Counted from the first letter of the stretch, positions 8,901 through 18,769 are shown. The stretch: DNA of 26,521 bases from a virus (IMGVR_UViG_2875722834_000004), one strand, 5' to 3'. Numbers and translations: made by a program. Notes: generated from the sequence alone by a model not told the origin.

Positions 8901-9268
8901 TCATTTTCGGGTGGTTTGTTACTTGTTTTACCGGGGATATGCCAGAAACGCGCTGAGTCAGTCTGGGCGGTGCGCGTAATGAGGCGTTATGGTAAATAGC
9001 CTATGCTAATGTCCGCTAAGAGCAAGAAGCGGAAGTTGGCAGTTTTGTGGACTGTCCCCACAAAAGTGACTACAGAAATAGTTGCAATTCATAATTGATC
9101 ATGGGTTGTCAGTTAAACTCGTGGCGATTTAAATAGACTAATTGGGAGTGCGTCCATTACTTATATCTTGTAATGTTAACTATCAGAAATGATACAAAGA
9201 TAATATGTCTTTAAAGAAAAGGCTGATGGCGAAAAGTGGCCCGATGAGGGCCACAATACGGCTGTCAC

Positions 9269-9601
9269 TTAGACGTAAATATCAATGGTGCCAGCGGTAT
9301 TTGTATCGTCTTTTTTCTCTTCTTTTTTATCAGGCTGAACTGTCGCGTCTTCATTCTTTTTCTCTGCCTGCTGCCTTAACAACTGCTCCAGTTGAGCCCA
9401 GAGGCTTTCAATTTGCTTCTGTACCAATGCAGCCATTTCTTTTTTCTGCTGTGTCGTCATCCCCTCTTCCGATGAGATTTTCCCAAGCTTTTCAGTCAGC
9501 ACCTGAATTTGTCTTGTGATTTTGGCTATTTCTGATGTTCCTTCCGGGGCGGAGTTGTTTGAAATAACGGTTGAGGTATTTCCCTGAATTGTGACAGACA
9601 T
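9269..9601 (-). CDS. flxA: FlxA (FliA-regulated protein of the Qin prophage), 110 aa
   Basis: Recalled match to E. coli FlxA; GGAGA SD before the ATG; consensus sigma-28 promoter immediately upstream. Confidence 0.8.
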   Translation of the reverse strand: MSVTIQGNTSTVISNNSAPEGTSEIAKITRQIQVLTEKLGKISSEEGMTTQQKKEMAALVQKQIESLWAQLEQLLRQQAEKKNEDATVQPDKKEEKKDDTNTAGTIDIYV

Positions 9602-9624
9602 AGATTTCTCCTTTTAAAAAAGCA

Positions 9625-9651
9625 CTATCGGCATGCACAAAAAAATCTTTA
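9625..9651 (-). promoter_or_regulatory. Sigma-28 (FliA) class 3 promoter for flxA
   Basis: Minus strand reads TAAAGATT-N11-GCCGATAG, matching the FliA consensus TAAAGTTT-N11-GCCGATAA, about 25 nt upstream of the flxA start. Confidence 0.6.
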
Positions 9652-9803
9652 ATCGTATTTCTTGTGTCATTAATTGTTTGATGTTCAGATTGTTTTCCTC
9701 GCGGGCTGGCGCGCCTCAGAAAGTAAAGCTTGTTGACAGGGGTAAACGTTCGGCAATAATTTTCTGCCGCATGCGGGTGTTGCATAAAACGTGTTACGTT
9801 CCT

Positions 9804-10109
9804 TTATCGACAGGTCAGGTCACCGCTCACCCGCCGACGAGAAAGCAACACTGACATGCTAAAGCAAAAAATAGATGAATAAGTTGAGTTGTGCATATGT
9901 AGCCTGACCGTCACAAAGTATATGGTGTCTGTACCAGTAAGATGATGGCCGGACTCTTTAAAAACGAGCTGACCTGCACAATACAGGATGGACTTAGCAA
10001 TGGCTGCTCCTGGCACAAAGCGGACAGTGATCACCGTTCTTACGACTACTTTCTGACTTCCTTCGTGACTTGCCCTAAGCATGTTGTAGTGCGATACTTG
10101 TAATGACAT
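9804..10109 (-). CDS. ydfV: Hypothetical protein in the ydfV position (101 aa)
   Basis: 101-aa ORF between flxA and relB, same length and position as ydfV in Qin; sequence identity not verified. Confidence 0.4.
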   Translation of the reverse strand: MSLQVSHYNMLRASHEGSQKVVVRTVITVRFVPGAAIAKSILYCAGQLVFKESGHHLTGTDTIYFVTVRLHMHNSTYSSIFCFSMSVLLSRRRVSGDLTCR

Positions 10110-10122
10110 TTGTAATTACAAG
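10097..10122 (+). promoter_or_regulatory. relBE operator/promoter region (relO-like inverted TTGTAAT repeats)
   Basis: CTTGTAATGACATTTGTAATTACAAG palindrome directly upstream of the relB SD and ATG. Confidence 0.55.
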
Positions 10123-10133
10123 AGGTGTAAGAC

Positions 10134-10373
10134 ATGGGTAGCATTAACCTGCGTATTGACGATGAACTTAAAGCGCGTTCTTACGCCGCGCTTGAAAAAA
10201 TGGGTGTAACTCCTTCTGAAGCGCTTCGTCTCATGCTCGAGTATATCGCTGACAATGAACGCTTGCCGTTCAAACAGACACTCCTGAGTGATGAAGATGC
10301 TGAACTTGTGGAGATAGTGAAAGAACGGCTTCGTAATCCTAAGCCAGTACGTGTGACGCTGGATGAACTCTGA
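10134..10373 (+). CDS. relB: RelB antitoxin (79 aa)
   Basis: MGSINLRIDDELKARSYA...PKPVRVTLDEL matches E. coli RelB; stop overlaps the relE start (TGATG). Confidence 0.9.
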   Translation: MGSINLRIDDELKARSYAALEKMGVTPSEALRLMLEYIADNERLPFKQTLLSDEDAELVEIVKERLRNPKPVRVTLDEL

Positions 10374-10498
10374 TGGCGTATTTTCTGGATTTTGACGAGC
10401 GGGCACTAAAGGAATGGCGAAAGCTGGGCTCGACGGTACGTGAACAGTTGAAAAAGAAGCTGGTTGAAGTACTTGAGTCACCCCGGATTCGAGGTTAA
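10373..10498 (+). pseudogene. relE: Truncated relE toxin gene (first ~39 codons, then unrelated sequence and a stop)
   Basis: MAYFLDFDERALKEWRKLGSTVREQLKKKLVEVLESPRI matches the RelE N-terminus; the frame then reads RG and stops, lacking the RelE C-terminal catalytic half. Confidence 0.8.
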
Positions 10499-10608
10499 GA
10501 AAGCTCTCAGTCTCGACTATCGGCACTGGATAATCTCTGTCAGGCTGCCTTATTCCGAACGCCCACCACGTGCGTCCCGCACTTTCCAGCAACGGATCTG
10601 GAGGTAAC

Positions 10609-11658
10609 GTGCGGGTATTACTTAGACCTGTTCTGGTGCCTGAGCTTGGGCTGGTGGTCCTTAAGCCGGGCCGTGAATCCATACAGATATTTCATAATCC
10701 TCGAGTGCTGGTGGAACCGGAACCAAAAAGCATGCGTAATCTGCCATCCGGAGTCGTTCCTGCCGTTCGCCAGCCGCTGGCGGAAGACAAAACATTGCTG
10801 CCGTTTTTTAGTAACGAACGGGTGATTCGTGCTGCTGGCGGCGTTGGCGCATTGTCCGACTGGCTATTACGTCATGTTACATCCTGCCAGTGGCCTAATG
10901 GCGATTACCATCACACTGAAACAGTCATTCACCGTTATGGTACCGGCGCAATGGTGTTGTGCTGGCACTGCGACAACCAACTGCGTGACCAGACATCGGA
11001 ATCACTGGAGCTGCTTGCTCAACAAAATCTGACAGCATGGGTGATTGACGTCATCCGTCACGCAATAAGCGGTACGCAGGAGCGGGAATTATCTTTGGCT
11101 GAATTATCCTGGTGGGCGGTCTGCAATCAGGTGGTGGATGCACTACCTGAGGCTGTATCGCGTCGTTCGCTGGGATTACCAGCGGAAAAAATCTGCTCGG
11201 TGTACCGCGAAAGCGACATCGTACCGGGAGAGCAGACCGCCACCAGCATATTGAAACAACGCACAAAAAATCTTGCACCGTTGCCTTACGCCCACCAGCA
11301 ACAAAAATCACCACAGGAAAAGACGGTGGTAAGCATCACCGTTGATCCAGAGTCTCCGGAATCTTTCATGAAGCTGCCTAAACGTCGCCGCTGGGTTAAG
11401 GAGAAATACACACGTTGGGTTAAGACACAGCCGTGTGCTTGCTGCAGTATGCCAGCCGACGATCCGCATCATCTGATTGGTCACGGGCAGGGCGGAATGG
11501 GAACAAAAGCACATGATCTCTTTGTGTTGCCTTTGTGCAGAAAGCATCACAACGAGCTGCATACGGATACAGTGGCATTTGAAGATAAGTATGGCTCCCA
11601 ACTGGAGCTGATATTTCGTTTTATCGATCGCGCGCTGGCAATTGGCGTACTGGTGTAA
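10609..11658 (+). CDS. ydfU: YdfU-like protein (DUF968-type) with a C-terminal HNH/zinc-finger-like motif
   Basis: GTG start 4 nt after a GGAGG SD; 349 aa, the length I recall for K-12 YdfU; C-terminus has CACCSMPADDPHHLIGHG...CRKHHNELH. The six-frame ORF extends upstream to 10570. Confidence 0.7.
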   Translation: MRVLLRPVLVPELGLVVLKPGRESIQIFHNPRVLVEPEPKSMRNLPSGVVPAVRQPLAEDKTLLPFFSNERVIRAAGGVGALSDWLLRHVTSCQWPNGDYHHTETVIHRYGTGAMVLCWHCDNQLRDQTSESLELLAQQNLTAWVIDVIRHAISGTQERELSLAELSWWAVCNQVVDALPEAVSRRSLGLPAEKICSVYRESDIVPGEQTATSILKQRTKNLAPLPYAHQQQKSPQEKTVVSITVDPESPESFMKLPKRRRWVKEKYTRWVKTQPCACCSMPADDPHHLIGHGQGGMGTKAHDLFVLPLCRKHHNELHTDTVAFEDKYGSQLELIFRFIDRALAIGVLV

Positions 11659-11671
11659 GTGGAGAACGAGC

Positions 11672-12424
11672 ATGAACCTTGAAGCCTTACCAAAATATTA
11701 CTCCCCAAAATCTCCAAAATTGAGCGATGACGCTCCAGCGACAGGCACCGGTTGTTTAACAATTACGGATGTAATGGCAGCGCAGGGGATGGTGCAGTCG
11801 AAAGCACCACTTGGGTTGGCCTTATTTCTGGCAAAAGTTGGTGTTCAGGACCCTCAGTTTGCGATTGAAGGCCTGCTAAATTACGCGATGGCACTGGATA
11901 ACCCGACATTGAACAAATTGAGTGAAGAAATCCGGTTACAGATTATTCCTTACCTCGTGAGTTTTGCCTTTGCTGATTACTCCAGGTCTGCGGCAAGTAA
12001 GGCTCGCTGTGAGCATTGTTCAGGTACGGGATTTTATAATGTATTGCGCGAAGTGGTGAAACACTACAGACGCGGGGAATCTGTAATCAAGGAAGAATGG
12101 GTGAAGGAACTATGTCAGCATTGCCATGGTAAGGGCGAAGCCAGCACAGCGTGCAGAGGGTGTAAGGGTAAAGGGATTGTTCTGGATGAAAAAAGAACCC
12201 GGTTTCATGGCGTACCGGTATATAAGATTTGTGGGCGTTGTAATGGAAACCGGTTTAGTCGTTTACCGACCACGCTGGCACGACGTCATGTCCAGAAGCT
12301 GGTACCAGACCTGACCGATTATCAGTGGTATAAGGGGTATGCGGACGTCATTGGTAAACTGGTAACAAAGTGCTGGCAGGAAGAAGCATACGCGGAAGCG
12401 CAATTGAGGAAGGTGATGAGATAA
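11672..12424 (+). CDS. quuQ: Late-gene antiterminator Q homolog (QuuQ-like), 250 aa
   Basis: Cys/His-rich zinc-binding region (CEHCSGTG...CQHCHGKG...CRGCKGKG...CGRCNG) typical of Q-family antiterminators; sits upstream of the lysis cassette. Confidence 0.75.
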   Translation: MNLEALPKYYSPKSPKLSDDAPATGTGCLTITDVMAAQGMVQSKAPLGLALFLAKVGVQDPQFAIEGLLNYAMALDNPTLNKLSEEIRLQIIPYLVSFAFADYSRSAASKARCEHCSGTGFYNVLREVVKHYRRGESVIKEEWVKELCQHCHGKGEASTACRGCKGKGIVLDEKRTRFHGVPVYKICGRCNGNRFSRLPTTLARRHVQKLVPDLTDYQWYKGYADVIGKLVTKCWQEEAYAEAQLRKVMR

Positions 12425-12845
12425 ATGATTTTTGCTGAAGATGGCGACATGATGTTTGCATTTTTCAAAAAATATGGATAAAATTTTTTCAACGATGGGC
12501 TTTGTATACCCGACGTTAAGAAAAAGTAGAAAACCTGCTGATGAGCGGGTTTTGTGCTTTAAATGGGGCAATGGTAATGTTGAATATCATCCCGGGACTC
12601 ATGTCTGTTAACTTATTATTTAGCTGGTGACTTGGTTATTTGCCTGATGTTTAAAATGTTTTCTTCCAGTACAATGTCCCTAAACACAATGAGTCTGCTT
12701 ATTATATTATTAGCAGAGCTATTACGGCCAAAGTACAGCATAAGCTTTTAAAGCCAATCAACCAGTCATCAAGACAGACGGGGTTATTCATAAAAACTCT
12801 CCATGTGTGATCCGATGGGGCCTGAAATTAAAGCTTTAATATAGC

Positions 12846-13058
12846 TCATGAAAGGTAAACATTGGCAGCTGAAGGGCCACGCAGACCATTTATCCGGCAA
12901 AATTCCACGCGTAATCCGGTGGTAATTTCTTCTGCATCGCGGAGATTGAGCGCTGAAACATGAAGCTGGACATCGATACGACCATCGGATGGGGTGATAA
13001 GACCCTTGCCGCTTTTGCCGTCAAAGGTTTTGACAATTCCTGTCATTTTACGGGACAA
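12846..13058 (-). CDS. cspF: Cold-shock-domain protein CspF-like (70 aa)
   Basis: [37 protein letters not shown]...; cold-shock domain, divergent from cspB as in Qin. Confidence 0.8.
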
Positions 13059-13358
13059 AAAAATTCCTTAATACTGATAACTTGGCGCACTATACACACG
13101 TTCCTGAAGAAAGCTATAGTTTTTTGATGGGGTTGAAGATGGCTGGATGTCTAAAATAAACATTGCTTCATATGTTCAACTATGCGTTAATGATTGCGTC
13201 GGTTTGAAGAACAGACGATATACGAAGTAGTTTACTAAAGCAGTTCTCATTTCAGGTGTTATTCACTTATTCCTTCTTTGAGTCTCTCCAATTAAGTACG
13301 AAGTCGTTTCTGTTATGCAAACCATTTATGCCGAAAGGCTCAAGTTAAGGAATGTAGA

Positions 13359-13574
13359 ATGTCAAATAAAATGACTGGTTTAGTAAAATGGTTTAACGCT
13401 GATAAAGGTTTCGGCTTTATTTCTCCTGTTGATGGTAGTAAAGATGTGTTTGTGCATTTTTCTGCGATTCAGAATGATAATTATCGAACCTTATTTGAAG
13501 GTCAAAAGGTTACCTTCTCTATAGAGAGTGGTGCTAAAGGTCCTGCAGCAGCAAATGTCATCATTACTGATTAA
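13359..13574 (+). CDS. cspB: Cold-shock protein CspB-like (71 aa)
   Basis: [38 protein letters not shown]... with RNP1/RNP2 motifs; AGGAAT SD; long upstream leader. Confidence 0.85.
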   Translation: MSNKMTGLVKWFNADKGFGFISPVDGSKDVFVHFSAIQNDNYRTLFEGQKVTFSIESGAKGPAAANVIITD

Positions 13575-13855
13575 AATTCATCGCTCGTCTGTATACGATA
13601 ACGAAGAAGGCTGATGCCTGAGTAGAGATACGGACAGAGTAGTGAATATTGGATCTCTTTAATAAAAAGTAAGGAGGTCCAATACATGAAACAATGGCTA
13701 GCATATTTGGCAAAATCTTAATCAGGAAAAGTATGCTAACCATTGTGGTGAAGTGCAGGTTTGCTGCATGAATAGTTTTACAGCAGAAGCTAACTGCTGG
13801 CATGGCAAAACAAAGTGCGTAAGTGGATGACTCCCACAAAAAGCACCACAATCTC

Positions 13856-13880
13856 AAACCCGCTCAGGCGGGTTTTTTAT
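13856..13880 (+). terminator. Rho-independent terminator downstream of cspB
   Basis: AAACCCGC-TCAG-GCGGGTTT stem-loop followed by a T-run. Confidence 0.6.
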
Positions 13881-13937
13881 TATCTGCTTTAAATATATTA
13901 TTAAAATATAAAAAATACTTGTTACTAATAAAATCAA

Positions 13938-14108
13938 TCAGGCTACAGCTTTAAGATTTGTCTGGAATACTTTGTTGCAATGAGGGCAGATCAAAAGGGC
14001 ACCTTTTTGTACTCTTGAAAAACTGTGTTCTGACTCTTGGGGGCAGTTTGGGCAGGAACATTTAACGAGATAATTACGGCGTGATTTTGAGTTTTTACGT
14101 TCTGACAT
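13938..14108 (-). CDS. Small zinc-ribbon protein (56 aa), hypothetical
   Basis: AGGAAA SD 6 nt before ATG (MSERKNSK...); CxCxxC...CxxC arrangement (CSCPNCP...CPHC). The longer six-frame ORF (73 aa) lacks an RBS. Confidence 0.35.
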   Translation of the reverse strand: MSERKNSKSRRNYLVKCSCPNCPQESEHSFSRVQKGALLICPHCNKVFQTNLKAVA

Positions 14109-14327
14109 AGGCTTTTCCTGTATAAATGGCCGTATACAGTACACTAAATATGAAAACATTTCTCGTATTATTATTTTATATATGACTTTCTTTCAAAATA
14201 ATTACCCACATTTTTAATGTGTATGTTTTTTTAGCGCCGTTGAGAACAACGTGTGCTGTCAAAACTACCCCGTAGACTCCGATCTTTTCAAACATATTGC
14301 ACCATCCGTGTACATCGGGGTGAGGAT

Positions 14328-14543
14328 ATGAAATCAATGGATAAGTTAACAACAGGTGTTGCCTATGGCACATCGGCGGGTAATGCTGGTTTCTGGGCAT
14401 TGCAGTTACTCGATAAAGTAACTCCGTCACAGTGGGCTGCAATCGGTGTGCTGGGTAGCCTGGTTTTTGGCCTGCTGACGTATCTGACAAATCTTTATTT
14501 CAAGATTAAAGAAGACAGGCGTAAGGCTGCGAGAGGAGAGTAA
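14328..14543 (+). CDS. essQ: Phage holin (EssQ/EssD-like), 71 aa
   Basis: [71 protein letters not shown]; GAGGA SD; followed by ydfR and the endolysin as in Qin. Confidence 0.85.
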   Translation: MKSMDKLTTGVAYGTSAGNAGFWALQLLDKVTPSQWAAIGVLGSLVFGLLTYLTNLYFKIKEDRRKAARGE

Positions 14544-14547
14544 TCCA

Positions 14548-14859
14548 ATGACTCAAGACTATGAACTGGTTGTGAAAGGAGTCCGTAATTTTGAGAATAA
14601 AGTTACGGTAACTGTAGCCTTACAGGACAAAGAACGCTTTGACGGTGAAATTTTTGACCTGGATGTCGCCATGGACCGTGTTGAAGGAGCTGCGCTGGAG
14701 TTTTATGAGGCAGCAGCCAGAAGGAGCGTCCGGCAAGTCTTCCTGGAAGTAGCAGAAAAATTGTCAGAAAAAGTTGAGTCTTATCTGCAGCATCAATACT
14801 CCTTTAAGATTGAAAATCCTGCCAATAAGCACGAGCGTCCTCATCATAAATATCTATGA
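14548..14859 (+). CDS. ydfR: YdfR-like protein (DUF1327), 103 aa
   Basis: Position between holin and endolysin; stop overlaps the endolysin ATG (ATGA). Confidence 0.75.
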   Translation: MTQDYELVVKGVRNFENKVTVTVALQDKERFDGEIFDLDVAMDRVEGAALEFYEAAARRSVRQVFLEVAEKLSEKVESYLQHQYSFKIENPANKHERPHHKYL

Positions 14860-15048
14860 ACACAAAAATCAGATACGGCCTGTCGGCTGCCGTTCTGGCG
14901 CTGATTGGTGCTGGCGCATCTGCTCCTCAGATACTTGACCAGTTTCTGGACGAAAAAGAAGGTAACCACACAATGGCATACCGCGATGGTTCTGTGAACC
15001 GCCCCGGGAATCCTGGAGACTAAACTTCCTGAGAAAGAGGTAAACAGG

Positions 15049-15375
15049 ATGACTAAAAATACTCGTTTTTCCCCCGAAGTCCGTCAACGGGCAGTCCGTA
15101 TGGTTCTGGAAAGTCAGAGCGAATATGACTCACAATGGGCGACAATTTGTTCCATTGCTCCAAAGATTGGCTGTACGCCGGAGACTCTGCGTGTCTGGGT
15201 TCGCCAGCATGAGCGGGATACCGGGGGCGGTGATGGAGGGCTCACCACCGCTGAACGTCAGCGTCTGAAAGAGCTGGAACGTGAAAATCGTGAACTGCGC
15301 CGCAGTAACGATATCCTTCGCCAGGCTTCCGCTTATTTTGCGAAGGCGGAGTTCGACCGCCTCTGGAAAAAATGA
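15049..15375 (+). CDS. IS629 OrfA (transposase N-terminal/HTH protein), 108 aa
   Basis: [23 protein letters not shown]...; leucine-zipper-like C-terminus; overlaps orfB in the -1 frame. Confidence 0.9.
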   Translation: MTKNTRFSPEVRQRAVRMVLESQSEYDSQWATICSIAPKIGCTPETLRVWVRQHERDTGGGDGGLTTAERQRLKELERENRELRRSNDILRQASAYFAKAEFDRLWKK

Positions 15376-16262
15376 TGCCACTGCTGGATAAGCTGCGTGA
15401 GCAGTACGGGGTCGGACCGCTATGCAGCGAACTGCATATTGCCCCGTCAACGTATTACCACTGTCAGCAACAGCGACATCATCCGGATAAACGCAGTGCC
15501 CGTGCGCAGCGCGATGACTGGCTGAAGAAAGAGATACAGCGCGTATACGATGAAAATCACAAGGTATACGGTGTGCGTAAAGTCTGGCGTCAGTTGTTAC
15601 GGGAAGGTATCAGAGTGGCCAGATGCACTGTGGCACGTCTCATGGCGGTTATGGGACTTGCCGGTGTTCTCCGGGGTAAAAAGGTCCGTACGACCATCAG
15701 CCGGAAAGCCGTTGCCGCAGGCGACCGCGTAAACCGTCAGTTCGTGGCAGAACGACCTGACCAGCTGTGGGTGGCTGATTTTACTTACGTCAGCACATGG
15801 CGGGGCTTCGTCTATGTGGCGTTCATCATTGATGTGTTTGCCGGATACATCGTGGGGTGGCGGGTCTCATCGTCCATGGAAACGACATTCGTGCTGGATG
15901 CACTGGAGCAGGCGTTATGGGCCCGTCGACCGTCCGGCACGGTCCATCACAGTGATAAAGGTTCTCAGTATGTATCGCTGGCCTACACACAGCGGCTTAA
16001 GGAAGCCGGATTACTGGCATCAACAGGAAGTACAGGCGACTCGTATGACAACGCGATGGCGGAGAGCATCAATGGTCTTTACAAAGCGGAGGTAATACAC
16101 CGTAAGAGCTGGAAAAACCGTGCAGAAGTGGAACTGGCCACACTCACGTGGGTGGACTGGTATAACAATCGACGATTGCTGGAAAGGCTGGGCCATACTC
16201 CTCCGGCAGAAGCAGAAAAAGCTTATTATGCTTCCATCGGAAACGATGATCTGGCAGCCTGA
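15372..16262 (+). CDS. IS629 OrfB (DDE transposase catalytic domain), 296 aa
   Basis: rve-type DDE domain (WVADFTYV...[10 protein letters not shown]...[13 protein letters not shown]); -1 frame relative to orfA, consistent with IS3-family OrfAB frameshifting. Confidence 0.9.
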   Translation: MMPLLDKLREQYGVGPLCSELHIAPSTYYHCQQQRHHPDKRSARAQRDDWLKKEIQRVYDENHKVYGVRKVWRQLLREGIRVARCTVARLMAVMGLAGVLRGKKVRTTISRKAVAAGDRVNRQFVAERPDQLWVADFTYVSTWRGFVYVAFIIDVFAGYIVGWRVSSSMETTFVLDALEQALWARRPSGTVHHSDKGSQYVSLAYTQRLKEAGLLASTGSTGDSYDNAMAESINGLYKAEVIHRKSWKNRAEVELATLTWVDWYNNRRLLERLGHTPPAEAEKAYYASIGNDDLAA

Positions 16263-16662
16263 GTTCACAGATAAAACACTCTCCAGGAAACCCGGGGCGG
16301 TTCACTGGCATATGGACCATCTGTCGGGGTGCCACAGTGGTGGATGGAAAAACCGTTTTTCCCAATATGAAACTGTCGAAGGAAAAATGCGACCAGGTCA
16401 ACGCCATTGAGCGTGATAAGGCGCTGGCATGGGTGGAGCGCAATATTAAAGTACCACTGACCGAACCACAAAAAGCGGGTATCGCGTCATTTTGTCCCTA
16501 TAACATTGGCCCCGGTAAGTGTTTCCCGTCGACGTTTTATAAGCGGCTGAATGCTGGTGATCGTAAAGGTGCATGCGAAGCGATTCGCTGGTGGATTAAG
16601 GATGGCGGACGCGATTGCCGCATTCGTTCAAATAACTGTTACGGTCAGGTTATTCGTCGTGA

Positions 16663-17196
<534 letters not shown>

Positions 17197-17558
17197 GGTA
17201 ATATTAAATCGGAACATTTACATCGCGGAATGTAAAATTTAAATAAAAAGGACTCTTCCATGAGCCAAAATTCCTGAAATCTTAAGGGTAAGATAAAAGG
17301 TCTTAATCAGAATGACACGTTTTATTAATAAATAAAGCTATTCTTTCATTGCTGTGTTTTTCTTTACAAAAGTAATCCTTGCTATGGGTGGTTAATCATG
17401 CGTTAATGGTGTTCTGGTTTGTTACAAATTTATCTGAAGCAGTCATTGTTATAATTTTATTATTTGTACCTCTTGAGATTTCCTTGTTGGTTTTTCTCTC
17501 TGATATTTTTTTTCGGACCATTCTGCCCAAGGGCTAATTTCTTCAAAAGGTAATAATT

Positions 17559-17771
17559 ATGTCTAACAAAATGACTGGTTTAGTGAAATGGTTTAACCCT
17601 GAAAAAGGTTTTGGTTTCATCACGCCGAAAGATGGCAGCAAAGATGTGTTTGTCCATTTCTCAGCAATTCAGAGCAACGATTTCAAAACATTAACTGAGA
17701 ATCAGGAAGTTGAATTTGGTATTGAGAACGGACCTAAAGGTCCTGCCGCTGTTCATGTAGTGGCGCTTTGA
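17559..17771 (+). CDS. cspI: Cold-shock protein CspI-like (70 aa)
   Basis: [70 protein letters not shown]. Confidence 0.9.
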   Translation: MSNKMTGLVKWFNPEKGFGFITPKDGSKDVFVHFSAIQSNDFKTLTENQEVEFGIENGPKGPAAVHVVAL

Positions 17772-17781
17772 GGTAGACAAT

Positions 17782-17970
17782 ATTACAAACCATATTCACT
17801 TTAGATGCCCGTGTTGTCATGGTTCCCAGTATAGAACATCATCTTTTGATGTTTCTGACATGAATCCTTTCGGGGCAAAATGTATCTTTTGTAAATCAAT
17901 GATGATTACATTTGATAATATTTCACAATACTTAAATGCCAGCCGTCTGTCGTTGGATTTAAAAAAGTGA
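17782..17970 (+). CDS. ynfN: YnfN-like zinc-ribbon ORF (CPCCHG...CIFCK) with no canonical start codon in frame
   Basis: Open frame ...HFRCPCCHGSQYRTSSFDVSDMNPFGAKCIFCKSMMITFDNISQYLNASRLSLDLKK*; the only in-frame ATG (17860) lies after the first CxxC pair. Possible ATT start at 17782 seven nt after a GAGGT; followed by a terminator. Gene-symbol assignment is by position and motif only. Confidence 0.3.
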   Translation: MTNHIHFRCPCCHGSQYRTSSFDVSDMNPFGAKCIFCKSMMITFDNISQYLNASRLSLDLKK

Positions 17971-17975
17971 AAATG

Positions 17976-17999
17976 AAGGCTCCTTCGGGAGCTTTTTTG
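17976..17999 (+). terminator. Rho-independent terminator
   Basis: GGCTCC-TTCG-GGAGC hairpin followed by TTTTTTG, just after the ynfN-like stop. Confidence 0.55.
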
Positions 18000-18042
18000 C
18001 TTGGTGTCTATTCGATGGATACTCACATACTACGGTAACATC

Positions 18043-18273
18043 ATGAAAAAAATCATAGTTTTTTTTAACTCTGAACCAGCAGTGGTAGTGCCAGCGATGA
18101 CTGGAGTTAACACCATCATGCGTGAATATCCAAATGGCGAAAAAACACACCTTACTGTAATGGCCGCAGGGTTTCCATCTCTGACCGGAGATCATAAAGT
18201 CATTTATGTAGCCGCGGATCGACATGTTACTTCAGAAGAAATTCTGGAAGCAGCAATAAGGCTCTTGAGTTGA
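18043..18273 (+). CDS. Hypothetical small protein (76 aa)
   Basis: ATG-initiated ORF (MKKIIVFFNSEPAVVVPAMTGVNTIMREYPNGEK...) between the ynfN-like ORF and gnsB; weak RBS; no recognised family. Confidence 0.3.
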   Translation: MKKIIVFFNSEPAVVVPAMTGVNTIMREYPNGEKTHLTVMAAGFPSLTGDHKVIYVAADRHVTSEEILEAAIRLLS

Positions 18274-18444
18274 TTTGATGCTATTGCATTGATAATTCAG
18301 GAAAATTCTCTTTGTCTGTTTGTGTAAAATTTAGACTATCGTATGTTGATTATTGCGATGTTTCATCTTATCTTTTACACGTTTGCACCATATAATCGAC
18401 TTACTGTGTAACTGGAAAGTCATAACAGACTAAAAGAGGAAATG

Positions 18445-18618
18445 ATGAATATTGAAAACTTAAAAACAAAAGCAGAAGCAGATATTTCTGAATATATAAC
18501 AAAAAAAATTATTGAACTTAAGAAAAAGACCGGGAAAGAAGTTACCAGTATTCAGTTTACCGCACGGGAAAAAATGACGGGTCTTGAAAGCTATGATGTC
18601 AAGATTAATTTAATCTGA
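18445..18618 (+). CDS. gnsB: GnsB-like protein (57 aa)
   Basis: MNIENLKTKAEADISEYITKKIIELKKKTGKEVTSIQFTAREKMTGLESYDVKINLI resembles GnsA/GnsB; AAGAGGA SD at 18434-18440. Not in the six-frame track because it is under 60 aa. Confidence 0.7.
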   Translation: MNIENLKTKAEADISEYITKKIIELKKKTGKEVTSIQFTAREKMTGLESYDVKINLI

Positions 18619-18769
18619 TGTATTCAATAATAAAATTTATCCATAAACCTCGTTTTTACGGGGTTTTGTTATATTTGAATGGTTCCGAATATCTAAATCA
18701 CAATTGTTGATGGTTTTTATTAAACCAATGCAGTCCGGCTCAGGAGTGAGAGAAGCCGGACGTTATGGT

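Larger units (their letters stand above)
14995..16304 (+). mobile_element. IS629 (IS3 family), complete 1310-bp copy with 3-bp target-site duplication CTG
   Basis: Terminal inverted repeats TGAACCGCCCCGGGAATCCTGGAGA (left) and TCTCCAGGAAACCCGGGGCGGTTCA (right); CTG at 14992-14994 and 16305-16307; orfA and orfB in the -1 arrangement. Confidence 0.9.

Noticed and set aside
9205-9519. 104-aa plus-strand ORF overlapping flxA
   Set aside because: Antisense to flxA, which has a consensus FliA promoter and RBS; no independent support.
10116-10682. 188-aa minus-strand ORF overlapping relB/relE
   Set aside because: It overlaps the clearly identifiable relB and relE N-terminus on the opposite strand and has no start context.
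13564-13857. 97-aa minus-strand ORF downstream of cspB
   Set aside because: Overlaps the cspB 3' end and terminator, is Cys/Phe-rich with no RBS; likely spurious.
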